Notes under the pieces: generated by a model
The model's database searches: none
Seen by the model: only the letters and a program-made list of their open reading frames with translations
Told to the model about the DNA's origin: nothing
Shown here: positions 10,298 through 20,055 of the stretch, in pieces
How the letters are laid out: each line of letters starts with the position of its first letter
Position numbering within the stretch: the stretch's first letter is position 1
Assembly: GCA_004563595.2 (NCBI GenBank)
Contig: CP042461.1
Location: forward strand, 930,001 to 962,000
Length of the DNA stretch: 32,000 nt
Direction of reading: 5' to 3'
Source: Candidatus Saccharimonadota bacterium
Lineage (GTDB): Bacteria > Patescibacteriota > Gracilibacteria > BD1-5 > UBA6164
Position numbers and translations under genes: made by a program

Positions 10298-11095
10298 ATG
10301 AAAATAACTACTTTACAGAAATATCTGATAACAATAACATATGCAATACTTATGTTGTTATTTGTGGGGCTAAATTTAAATATTGCATCAGCTGAAGAGA
10401 CTTCTACTCCTCTAAGAGATGCTCAATTACTAGAAGGAGAACAACTCACAGATGAAGAAAGAGCGAGAAGAAGAGCGAGAAGAGAAGCAAGATTGCTCGA
10501 ATGAGAAAGGCTTACTGACGAAGAAAGAAGAACAAGAAGAGTTCAAAGAGAAGAGCAAGCTGATGATACTAGAGCAATACAAGTAGATGACACTAACATA
10601 AAACCAAGAATAAGTGAAAGCGAAAGAACAAGATTAAAAGCACTTGCAAGAGAAAAGAGAATGGGAGAAATTATACCGGCACGTAAAGAAAGAATGCAAA
10701 TAAGACGAGATGAAATACATATCAAATTTGAAGAAACAAAAAATGAAATCCTTGATAAAGTGAAAAAATGAGAAATAACAAGAAAAGCTGCTAGAAAACT
10801 TATTTTCCAAGCAAAAGAAGATATTATTGTAAACGCAAAAGTGAAAATTCAACAAGAAAAAAAGCAAATACAACAAGAAAATCTCAGTAGATTAAAAAAC
10901 ATAATTCAAATAAAATTGGATTCGAAGCTCTCAAAACTTAATACTCTATCAATTACCAATCAAAATAGCGTGTACCAAAAATTGATTGATAAAATAAATT
11001 CAAAATTAGATTTATGAACTTTATCAAAAAAGAAAAATATTCTTATGAATATAATCAAAGACATACTCCTAGCCAAAAAAAGTACTCTGAATTAA
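10298..11095 (+). CDS. Exported Arg/Glu/Lys-rich coiled-coil protein with a tandem 22-aa LLEGE.LTDEER repeat
   Basis: 266 codons. Signal peptide MKITTLQKYLITITYAILMLLFVGLNLNIASA|EE. The remainder is almost entirely charged and helical. The standard-code ORF 10298-10504 stops at a TGA that continues in frame. Confidence 0.7.
10427..10558 (+). repeat. Tandem 66-nt in-frame repeat (10427-10492 and 10493-10558) encoding LLEGEQLTDEERARRRARREAR / LLEGERLTDEERRTRRVQREEQ
   Basis: The Gly of LLEGE is GGA (10436-10438) in copy 1 and TGA (10502-10504) in copy 2. This is internal evidence that GGA and UGA are synonymous here. Confidence 0.8.
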
Positions 11096-11112
11096 TTCAG
11101 AGTACTTTTTTT
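11075..11112 (+). terminator. Rho-independent terminator overlapping the end of the 10298-11095 CDS
   Basis: The sequence aaaaaaagtactctgaa ttaa ttcagagtacttttttt forms a 17-bp stem including the A/T runs. Confidence 0.7.
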
Positions 11113-11117
11113 ATTAT

Positions 11118-11135
11118 TTCTTACATTTTTCTTAC
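11118..11135 (+). promoter_or_regulatory. Site 3 of the TTCTTAC-N4-TTCTTAC direct repeat
   Basis: The sequence ttcttac attt ttcttac lies immediately after the terminator. A tataat hexamer is at 11146-11151, and the ATG at 11284 is about 148 nt downstream. Confidence 0.5.
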
Positions 11136-11283
11136 ATACTCTATATATAATAAAGCTATCCTCAAAAACAGAGGTTCAAGAATATTTATAGAATAGTTTA
11201 CACATAACAATAAGAAACTACACTTCTATACAGTTCCTCTTGAATATTAATACTTATATTTATTTATATAAAAATATTATACT

Positions 11284-12132
11284 ATGAAAACCATAAAAAA
11301 TACAGCATTACTTGTAACACTACTAACATTTTTATTTACAAGCATTGCAGTAAGCGCAGATGAAACTAATACAGATTCTACAAACCCTTGAGCTATGTAC
11401 TCAGTAAAACTAGCTAAGGATGCTCTCAAAGCTGAAAGAGAAAGAATACAAGCAGAAAGAGCAGAATTTAAAGCTGAAAAAGAAGCAAGAAACCAAGAAA
11501 TGAAAGACAATAGAGCAAAATTTAAAGAAGCTCATAAATGAGAAATGAAAGAAGCATTTTCTGGATTGTCTGATGATACAAAAGTTGAATTAAAAGAATT
11601 AAAGAATGATTTTAAAGCAATATCAGCTGATCTACACAACGATTTAAAAGATAAAGATCTTAGCTTAGAAGAAAGAGAAGAATTAAAAGATTCACTTGCT
11701 GATTTAAGTAATACTTATAATGAAGCAGTAAATGAACTTGTTGCAGGAAATGCTGAAGCTTCTGCATTCTTAGCAGAAAGAAAAGCATTAAAAGATGAAA
11801 ATAAAGCATTAAGAGATGAAGCAAGAGCAGATAGAAAAGAAACAAGAGAGCAATTACAAATTACAAACCATGAATTAATTGACCAATACAAAGAAAAATA
11901 TCTTAATCAACTTGCAGTAGTTATTCCAAAAGTTTCTGATGCAAAATTAGAAAAAATTAGTAATAAAGTAAGTGAAATGATAGAAAAAATTGAAGAAAGT
12001 ACAACACTTTCAGATTCAAAAAAAGAAAAAATCCTTTCTCAAATTATTTCAATTCAAGAAATAATGGAAGAAGAATTAGAATCTAGAGCTGAAGCAATTG
12101 AAGAAATTGATTTAGATGATATAGACTCATAA
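11284..12132 (+). CDS. Exported charged coiled-coil protein
   Basis: 283 codons. Signal peptide MKTIKNTALLVTLLTFLFTSIAVSA|DE. It extends ORF 11545-12132 upstream across two in-frame TGA codons. The sequence is helical and rich in K, E and D, for example LSLEEREELKDSLADL. Confidence 0.75.
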
Positions 12133-12150
12133 ACAAAAAACTTATTTTTA

Positions 12151-12191
12151 AAAAACGAGAAATGATCCTCCTTATCATTCCTCGTTTTTTT
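12151..12191 (+). terminator. Rho-independent terminator
   Basis: Stem aacgagaaatgat / atcattcctcgtt (13 bp, 1 mismatch), a 7-nt loop, then a T-run. Confidence 0.7.
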
Positions 12192-12443
12192 GTTGTAAAT
12201 AATATATTGAAATATTATAAAATAAATATATACTTTATATATACTTATTTCATATACTCCTCGCTATGAAATTTAAAACATCAAATAAACTCCCACTATA
12301 AGAATCATAAGATCTGATACGGAATTGACCTCCTTCATTTATGAAAAGCAACAAAGTATAAAATAAGAGAGTAGTATAATTTTATTGAAAAATAATTAAA
12401 ATAAATTATACTCTGAGTATATTAATTTATTAAAAATAACACT

Positions 12444-12689
12444 ATGTGAAGAGATTTTTGGCAAGAACAAGATAATTGAGATGATGGCGATGTAATAGTT
12501 GTAACAGATGCAAATGGAAATGTATTACATGATGGTGATAGTGTGGCTGCAACAAAAGATATAAAAGTAAAAGGTGCTTCTGATATCAAAAGGTGAGATA
12601 AATTTAAAAATATCAGACTCACTGATGATGAAGACCTTATAGAATCAGGAAAAATGGTATTGAGAACTGAGTTTTTCAAGAAGATATAA
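12444..12689 (+). CDS. PhnA/YjdM C-terminal-domain protein (stand-alone, no Zn-ribbon)
   Basis: 82 codons. M(G)RDFWQEQDN(G)[38 protein letters not shown](G)[30 protein letters not shown] matches the PhnA C-terminal pattern D.NGN.L.DGDSV...KDLKVKG.S..K.G..V.NIRL......I......LK.EF.KK. An in-frame TAA lies 7 codons upstream of the ATG. Confidence 0.75.
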
Positions 12690-12721
12690 AAAAAAGAACG
12701 GAAATTTCCGTTCTTTTTTTT
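12688..12721. terminator. Bidirectional rho-independent terminator between convergent genes
   Basis: The sequence aaaaaaaagaacggaaa / tttccgttctttttttt is a perfect palindrome with flanking A and T runs. Confidence 0.75.
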
Positions 12722-12724
12722 ATA

Positions 12725-13828
12725 TTACTGATTATATATTTCAACGTCATTAATATTTCAATAAAATTGATTTAAAAATATATTTAAGTTCTTAAATTCA
12801 TTACGTTTTATTTCTTTAAATTGTTTTTTATCCCAAGCTTGACGTTCGGTATGCATCGATATATATTCAAACATATTTTGAAAAGTTTGATGTATTTGTT
12901 TTTTCTTCTCTATGATTCTTTGAGACTTTGGTTGCTTTTGACTCAGGTTTATGATTTTCTTTTTTTGAGATTTCAGGTCACTTTGAAAAAGGGCTATTTG
13001 TTTTTGAATTTGTGAAATTTTTTCTTCAGAAAAGTTATATTTTAATACTGGATCTATTTTTCACATAAATCACTTAAAGTTTAATTTTACTGTTTCATAA
13101 CGATTAAAAACAACTTTCGTACCATAAATATATCTATGTCATTTATCTCAATAGATATACACTCTTCATTCTAAAAGTGATCATTTATCAGGTCACCAGA
13201 GAGTATCAAAATCTCATGTGATTTTGATTTTTTTTCATATAAAATCGAAATCAAAATTCGTTTTCATACGACCATATACATACAAAGTTCCTTTTACTTT
13301 TGAATATGGTCACATAATCATATTTCAAGAAATTTTTGATTTTCATCAAAGAGTTAATTCTGATCACGAGGTAAAATCTCATGTAACATAAGCTCAATTT
13401 ACTATAGTGACTGATCATTTTGTCAGTAGGTTTCAAAGCGCAATAACTCTATCTACTCTTAATGATGATCAAGTAGTAATATTTTTTCATTTCAAAGTTC
13501 CTTGTATATATATTTGATTTCAAATTTGAATATTTCAAATTACTACAAGATGTCATAATACTTTTAAAGAGCTTCCTGCTACTAAATTCCCATATACAAT
13601 CAAATTTCAATCTACTGTTACATTGTTCACAAGCTCTAAGTTTCAAGTCACCACAAAAGTTTTACTCTTTATTTTTCAAGGAGAATATATTATAGTCACT
13701 CAGGTCTGAGTCTCTAAGCTTGTAATTGTATCAGCTACTTGCAATTGAGTATTATCAGCTAATCACACATGAGGATTAAAGATCCATAGAAGAGACAATA
13801 CAAATAATATAGTTCATTTTTTATACAT
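12725..13828 (-). CDS. Beta-helix (bactofilin-like, Gly-periodic) repeat protein with an N-terminal signal/anchor and a C-terminal coiled coil
   Basis: 368 codons. I checked every triplet and found no in-frame TAA or TAG. N-terminus MYKK(G)TILFVLSLLWIFNPHV(G)LA|DN. The core is VT(G)NLELVNNVTVD(G)NLIVYGNLVAGSSLKVL(G)HLVVI(G)NIQI(G)NQIYIQGTLK(G)KNITT(G)SSL..., with Gly every 5-7 residues. By hand count about 30 Gly codons are TGA and 6 are GGN. Confidence 0.7.
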
Positions 13829-13903
13829 AATATTTTTTAATGATATGAATTTATATATATTATATATAAAAAATATTGAAAGTCATCTTGTTTTTGAAGA
13901 GAA

Positions 13904-14755
13904 TTACAAATTCACAAATAATAAACCTATAAATCAAACAATAATCAAAAGCCATTGATACCAATGTAATTTTTCATTAAAAATAAAATATGAAGATATA
14001 CTCAGAAGAATAGGAACCAGAGATAAGAATAAAATTGAAACTGATATATCTCAGAGTACCGTTGAATAGAAAAACATCGAAGTTGCTAAAGCTGGAGCAA
14101 ATGATGATATAAAAATATTTCAGAACACTTTTTTGTCTAAAATGATATTTTTCCTTAAAGACTTAAATAACAAAATAAATGTAGATAAGATCAAAAATAT
14201 ACTTAATTCTGATAAAAATACTCATGTAAATATATCTAATTCCCTACTTAAATATGCAAATCCGAACCCCCAAAAGGCTCATCATAACATTCAAATAAAT
14301 GCTAATAGTATTCATAAATACCATCTTGTATCTAAATGACTATGGTTTGATTTAAAACATCATAATAAGATTCAAGAAAATATAAGCAATAATGCACCAA
14401 TATATCAATATAAAGTGAGTTGTTCAGAGTATAAGAAATACGATAACACTATTACTACAATACTCTCCAAAGAAATAATTGAGCTTACAATTCCAGCTGG
14501 TAAAAATTGATAAGCTTTCAAATGTGATAAAAAATATATCACTCAACAAAATCAAAACAACACAGATAGCCCCAAATAATGCAACGAAAAATGAGAAAAA
14601 TTAGCAAAAAACAATAATCATGACATGATTATTGTTAATGATACAGTTCTGTAAAAATTTACTAAAAATGTTCCCTGCTGTCTTATATGTTTTGCAAATA
14701 ATAAATTACTTGCTACATATGAAATAACAGAGATTATGATTACAAGATAATACAT
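13904..14755 (-). CDS. EamA/DMT-family transporter
   Basis: 284 codons. I checked every triplet and found no TAA or TAG. The protein is very hydrophobic with about 10 predicted TM segments in two halves, for example ...AKHIRQQGTFLVNFYR... and ...FFYSTVL(G)DISVSILFLSLVPILLSISSYFIFNEKLHWYQWLLIIV(G)FIGLLFVNL. This layout is typical of the EamA duplication. Confidence 0.75.
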
Positions 14756-14770
14756 TTTTATTTTATATTT

Positions 14771-15850
14771 CTAATATTTTAAAGTTATTGTTTTTTTATC
14801 ATCGGGTCAGATTTCTTCTTTTTCTAAATATAATTCCATTAATTCTCATTCATCATTATATTCCCCTCTCGAAAATCCATTTTCATAAAACCATCTTGAT
14901 GAATTTAACTGAGTTTTTGTTGAAATTGGCAACCCATTTTTATTAGTGAATTCTATAGTATCACAAGAATCTAACCTTTTTATGGCTCAGAATGTTGTAG
15001 TAACTCCATTTATTACAAGCTCTCATAAATTTTTCGCTCGTCTAAATCCTGTTCCTCTGTGATATTTCTGTATCGTTTTATTTCCTCATTTTAAATGCTT
15101 TAAAGATAGTACAGGTAAATATAATATAGTCTTTAAATCTCAATTTTCATCATACTCAAAAAGTATTTTATCAGATCACATTCATAGCTTTGTTTGTTCT
15201 ATTATTTCTGGTTTATTAATACTATTATATGTAATTGATAATTTATTATCTACTTCAAGATCTCTAGATAGACGCATATTAGTAACTAATCCATTTTCTC
15301 TTTCAAATGAAATTTCTTGATCTACTCCAAATCAACCTCACTCTAAATCTAAATTAGTGGGTCTTTCAAACAATATGTTATCTATTTCGTTACCTTTTCC
15401 ATAATTAAAATTTAATTTCGTTTCATTTGCTGGCAAAAATCCATCTCATGTTATTGCTTTTATTCTCCTTCATTTAACTCAATTTCCTTCTATATCTTCA
15501 TAAGAAAAATCATACTCATAATCTTGTGCCCAGTTCCGATCTAGATTCATTTTTTTAGGAGTTTTCAATGAAGTGATCGTATTTTTTCCGTTAATAACCT
15601 CAACTAAAGAATAAATAGCCATGAGTTCTTCTTCTCATAATTCTACTTCTCAATCAAACAACTCATCTAAATCTCTATTTTCTGGCAATCTCGCTAAGGT
15701 AGTTAAATATGTCAGATATAAAATGGTTTCTTGGTCATGTTTTATCTCCAGATCTATTTCTCAAGTTTCTTTTTGTGTAGAGGCTTTTATTGATTTTCTA
15801 TTAGTATCTGTATTTCATGTTTCAAATGAAGGACCATTAGGTAATCACAT
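14771..15850 (-). CDS. Hypothetical cytoplasmic protein (possible YD/MORN-like short repeats)
   Basis: 360 codons. I checked every triplet and found no TAA or TAG. ATG at complement 15850-15848 is preceded by an in-frame TAA. There is no signal peptide. Motifs such as FEYDEN(G)DLKTILY and WFYENGFSRGEYNDE(G)ELMELY recur. Its stop lies 15 nt before the EamA start. Confidence 0.65.
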
Positions 15851-15946
15851 GATGAATTAATTTATGAATAAAATATATTAATAGCTTAACATAAAATTAA
15901 ACATTTAGCAAAATACTACAATAATATACACAATGATATTTCATTA

Positions 15947-17110
15947 TTATTTCACAGGAGTTCATTTAAAGCATCATACCATATAGGGGTAGTTTGCAGT
16001 TGCATGGTAATGATATATTTTTTTATCCGTTCCATCCCATGAGATTGTATGTGAATGCCCATGACATTCGTCTAAGTCATCATTTGTAAGATTTTTTCCA
16101 TCTTCCTGGTTTCAGTAGATACCAAATCCATCAAGAGCATATCATACCAGCTTTGCGCTTCCATTAGTTGTGTCTTCTACAGAGTCTTCTAAACATGATC
16201 AAATATTATGATAATGATAGACTCCATCTCTCTCAGGATGCCCTTCACAGTTGTCTTGTATTTCATGAGCTACAGCATCTCTTCATACTGCATCTAGTCC
16301 ATTAAAAAGCGCAACTCATGTTGTTGAGATTCAAATGGTTCACATTCAGACACAACTTGCAGATCAAGCAATTTTAGGATTTGCAGGAAGAGAGTAATAT
16401 ATTTTATAATCATCAATAGAATTCGGATTTCTATCATAGTTATAGGCATCATCATTCCTACTTACTGGAAATACTCAAGTATTATGATCCTCAGGTACTC
16501 AATTTCATGATATTACTCTTTTATCTCACTGAAGAGTAAATGAAATCTCTCCATCCCAACTTACATTTCCATCAACATGAACTGTTTTTTTACTTGGGTA
16601 CCAATAGTTTCCATCTATCCAATCCCCATCTTTCCAAGCTCCCCCTCATCCAAACCTTGTTACACAAGAATATATATATCATATTTTTGGGCTTGAGCTT
16701 ATTTTTCCATCTCAGAGTTCATATTTTTCAATTGTATCAGGAGTTGTATCTGGAACATATTTTTGAGTTATCGATTGATTATTTCAGTCTTCATTTACAA
16801 CATCTCTTAATGCATGCAAAAGAGAAAATATTTTCAATCTTTTTCTATCATCTATATTTCTATCATTTTCATATTTACTTATCAGTTCGTCTATTTTTGT
16901 AACTAAAATCTGTAATTTTGTATCAGATAAAGACTCAATCTTAGAAGAATATTTATTCTTGAGGAGTACTTTGTAGATACTTTTTGAACTTAAAAAATTA
17001 CTATTCGTTTTATAGTCTCATTTTGCTGGCAATGCCATAACAGCAGACGATAATACCCCTATAACAATAGATATTATTACTCATGTAATCAGGTATTTTT
17101 TTGTACTCAT
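15947..17110 (-). CDS. YHYH-domain protein with an N-terminal membrane anchor/signal
   Basis: 388 codons. N-terminus MSTKKYLIT(G)VIISIVIGVLSSAVMA. The C-terminal region N(G)VPEDHNT(G)VFP...NPNSI...T(G)VALFNGLDAV(G)RDAVAHEIQDNCEGHPERDGVYHYHNI(G)SC...LV(G)YALDGFGIY(G)...LDECHGHSH...YHYHATANYPYMV(G)CFK(G) carries the signature of the YHYH family. Confidence 0.85.
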
Positions 17111-17160
17111 AAGTAAAGTTTTAGAAATATAATACTTATTTGTCATAATATAGAAGTAAG

Positions 17161-17178
17161 GTAAGAATAAGGTAAGGA
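17161..17178 (-). promoter_or_regulatory. Site 4 of the YCCTTAC/TTCTTAC 11-bp direct repeat, upstream of the YHYH operon
   Basis: The minus strand reads tccttac ctta ttcttac. The proximal repeat ends 50 nt upstream of the YHYH ATG (17110), in the same orientation relative to its gene as sites 1-3. Confidence 0.45.
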
Positions 17179-17196
17179 ATTAAAATAATTATATAA

Positions 17197-17223
17197 TTGA
17201 CTTGTGGTTTTATTAGGTATAAT
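17197..17223 (+). promoter_or_regulatory. Near-consensus sigma70-type promoter (TTGACT-15 nt-TATAAT)
   Basis: ttgact at 17197-17202 and tataat at 17218-17223, about 34 nt upstream of the ATG at 17257. Confidence 0.45.
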
Positions 17224-17256
17224 ATTTATACTTTCAAACAAAGTAGGGTGAGTATA

Positions 17257-17622
17257 ATGAATAAATATGATGGATTACTTGAATACTCTGGTTTCCACAA
17301 TATATCATCTCATTGTAGAATTCGGATCTATAAAGTTAACAATAAATCCATAGTTATTCTATCTGAGATGGAAAACACTGGAACTTCAATTACTAATGTA
17401 ATAGAAAAAATTGTACCTTTGCTAATTAAGAACTATGATATTCCATATGAACAACTTACTTTAGTTGAACATTACCCAATTGATATGGGAATAGTAGCTG
17501 ATAGGGACACTTTTCAATTTGTTACTTTTAGCCAGGAAAATAATTGTTATGCTAATCCCGGTTGGGACGATGTAAATAAAAAGGAGCTTGAGGAACTTAT
17601 TGGCGAAAAATTAGATGATTAA
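17257..17622 (+). CDS. Hypothetical 121-aa protein; UGA-free, SD-led ORF
   Basis: ATG at 17257 is preceded by gggtgag at a 6-nt spacing. The ORF has 121 codons plus TAA. All six Gly codons are GGN (gga, ggt, gga, gga, ggt, ggc) and there is no TGA. It has its own promoter and terminator. I recognise no family (MNKYDGLLEYSGFHNISSHCRIRIYKVNNKSIVILSEMENTGTSITNVIEKIV...). Confidence 0.6.
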   Translation: MNKYDGLLEYSGFHNISSHCRIRIYKVNNKSIVILSEMENTGTSITNVIEKIVPLLIKNYDIPYEQLTLVEHYPIDMGIVADRDTFQFVTFSQENNCYANPGWDDVNKKELEELIGEKLDD

Positions 17623-17645
17623 TTTTTACGTTCAATATGCATTAT

Positions 17646-17679
17646 AAAAAGCACTATGGTATAACCATGGTGCTTTTTT
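17646..17679. terminator. Bidirectional terminator between the 17257 ORF and the PBP gene
   Basis: The sequence aaaaagcactatgg tataa ccatggtgcttttt has one G-U pair and is flanked by A and T runs. Confidence 0.7.
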
Positions 17680-17772
17680 CTTTTATTATCTATTAACTAT
17701 AAATTAAAAACTATAGTCCTAAAAACCTTCCTAAAAAAGAAAAAAATATACTCCTAATACTAGCTTTATGTA

Positions 17773-20055
17773 TTATTTCATAATCAAATGTAGATCTTTT
17801 TTAGGTTTTTCCCATTTTTCAACTTTTAAATCCTTATGTACAAAGATCATAAAATCTCTCATGATTGGTCATGCTCAGGTAATTCAATATGCTTTTCAAG
17901 TAAGCTCTTCTCAAGAGGTATTTCAAGCCCAAACGACAGTAGTAATTTGTGGGGTGTATCAAACCGTCCATAAATCTCTTGGAACAATGATATCTTCTTC
18001 ATCTTCTGGATTTTCTTTATATTGTTTACTTGATGTTCCGGTTTTTGATGCCATTTGCCTTCATGGAATTGTTAAAAAATGATTCCAAGATTTTGGTCTA
18101 TCTTCTCCATTTGATAATATGGAATTAATTTTGTAACTATATTTTTCATCTAAAATTCTTGCTCATTGCTTACTTGTTTCAATACTTTCAAGTATCTTTC
18201 AATTTGAATCCACAACCTTTAATAAAGACTTTACTTCATTTTTAACTCAAGAATTAGCAAAGACAGAATATGCTTTAGCTAATTCAAGTGGAGTTATTTG
18301 CACTGTTCATAAAGCCATAGGTGCTGCATATACATAGTTGTATCAGTATTTCTTTTTAAAATCTTTTTTAAAGTCTACTAAGCTCTTTATTCAAAAAGGT
18401 AATAAAAATTTTATTATTTTTTCCTCTTCCCCTGCTGCATAATATGCTTTCACAGCTGGAATATTTCTAGAATGATTTAAGGCTTCAGATAAGGTTATTT
18501 TTCACATATATTTTCCATCAGAGTTTTCTGGTATGTAGTCTCAAGGAAAAGTAAACTTTTTATCTCTAAAGATAGTATTTTTTGTAAAACCATGCTGTAT
18601 CATAGCTAACATATAAACAAAAGGCTTAAAAGTACTTCCAGGTTGCAGTCTTGCAAAAATCATATTGTTATAACCAAGATTCGTTTCATCAAAGTAATCT
18701 ACTCATCAAACCATTGATAATATTTCACCGGTTTTATTATCTAAACTTATGAGGGCTGCATTTTTTGCTCAAAATTTTCCTGTATTTATAACTACTTGTT
18801 GTTCTATTAACTCTTGAGCTTTATCTTGAAGCTTTGAATCGATAGTTGTGTATATTTTAAATCCTCATTCTTGTATCAATTTCTCTCAATACTTTTGTAC
18901 TAAGTAATCCTTAACATACATTACAAAATGAGGAGATTTTATATCATCTGAATATTCTTTGAATTCAAATCAAAAAGATCATATAAGTGATTTTTTATAC
19001 TGATCAAAACTAATATAACCGTCCTCGAGCATCCTTCATAAAACATAATCTTTTCTTCATGTCTTATACTCTACATAAAACTTGTCATTTTTTATAGATA
19101 TAGAATTTAAAAATAATAATAATTTATTTATTTTTAAATTTGTACATCAATCTGCAGCTATATAAAAATGACTCTGCTTGATATTTTTTTTATCTATTCA
19201 ACATATTTTTAGAGAATCTCATTTATGATCAGCACTGAGATTATTTATAAAATTTATAAGTACCTCTACTTGAGTCTTATTATTCTCTAAATTTTCTTTT
19301 GATAATATCTTTGTTGTATCTATTTTGTCAGATATCTGTATGAGAAATGGATATCCTAATAATTTATCCCTTTTATGATATGGGGATAATCACGTTGGCG
19401 CTTTTGGTAAAGAAGCTAAAATACTTGATTCTAATACTCATAATTCTGATGCTGCTGTTCAAAAAAATGTTTGAGAGGCTTGTTCAATTCCATACGAATT
19501 TCATCAAAAAAATATTTTATTCAGATAGAGTTCTAAAATATCTTTTTTCTCAAAAATAGAATCTAACTCAATGGATAAATATAATTCTTTTACTTTTCTT
19601 TCTATTGTTCTTTCATCTGTTAGGTATGTTACTTTTGCTAGTTGCTGAGTTATTCATGAAGTTCAAGCAAATTTTGTCCTATGGATTACTCCATTAAAAA
19701 TGGCTCTCAAAATACCTATTCCATCGTATCCAGGGTGTTTCCAAAACCTCTTATCTTCTCATGCTATGATTGCATGAATCATATTTATATTTATATCTTC
19801 ATAATCAACGTAGGTTCTTTTTTCGGAATATATTTTATATAATTCTACTCAATTTCTATCATAAATAACTGAAGATTCATGCATCGGGATAGTTTTGTAT
19901 GCTTTTACATCAGGAAATGGTCATATGCTCTTTAAATATGATAAAAATAGGAATAAACATATAAGTGATAAAATAAGAAAACATAATAAAAGAACTATAA
20001 GCTTAAATATTATATTTTTTTTATCTATGAAGCATTTCTTATTCTGTTTTAACAT
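17773..20055 (-). CDS. Class A penicillin-binding protein (GT51 transglycosylase plus transpeptidase)
   Basis: 761 codons with an N-terminal TM segment. GT51 motifs are A(G)EDKRFWKHPGYD, A(G)TS(G)ITQQLAK, RKVKELYLSIELD and LELYLNKIFF(G)(G)NSYGIE. Transpeptidase motifs are QPGSTFKPF (SxxK), HSRN (SxN) and SKTGTS (KTG). A 7-T run at about 19505-19512 must be read correctly to keep the frame. Confidence 0.92.

Noticed and set aside
16540-18082. Plus-strand ORFs 16540-16902 and 17768-18082 (and similar ones at 2403-2615, 3169-3438, 10543-10876, 11277-11510, 12422-12679, 23634-23876, 24900-25166, 25644-25880, 26777-26965, 27438-27623, 30368-30622).
   Set aside because: All are antisense or out of frame to well-supported code-25 genes. 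Their products are low-complexity, Leu/Phe/Ser-rich sequences typical of AT-rich shadow frames.
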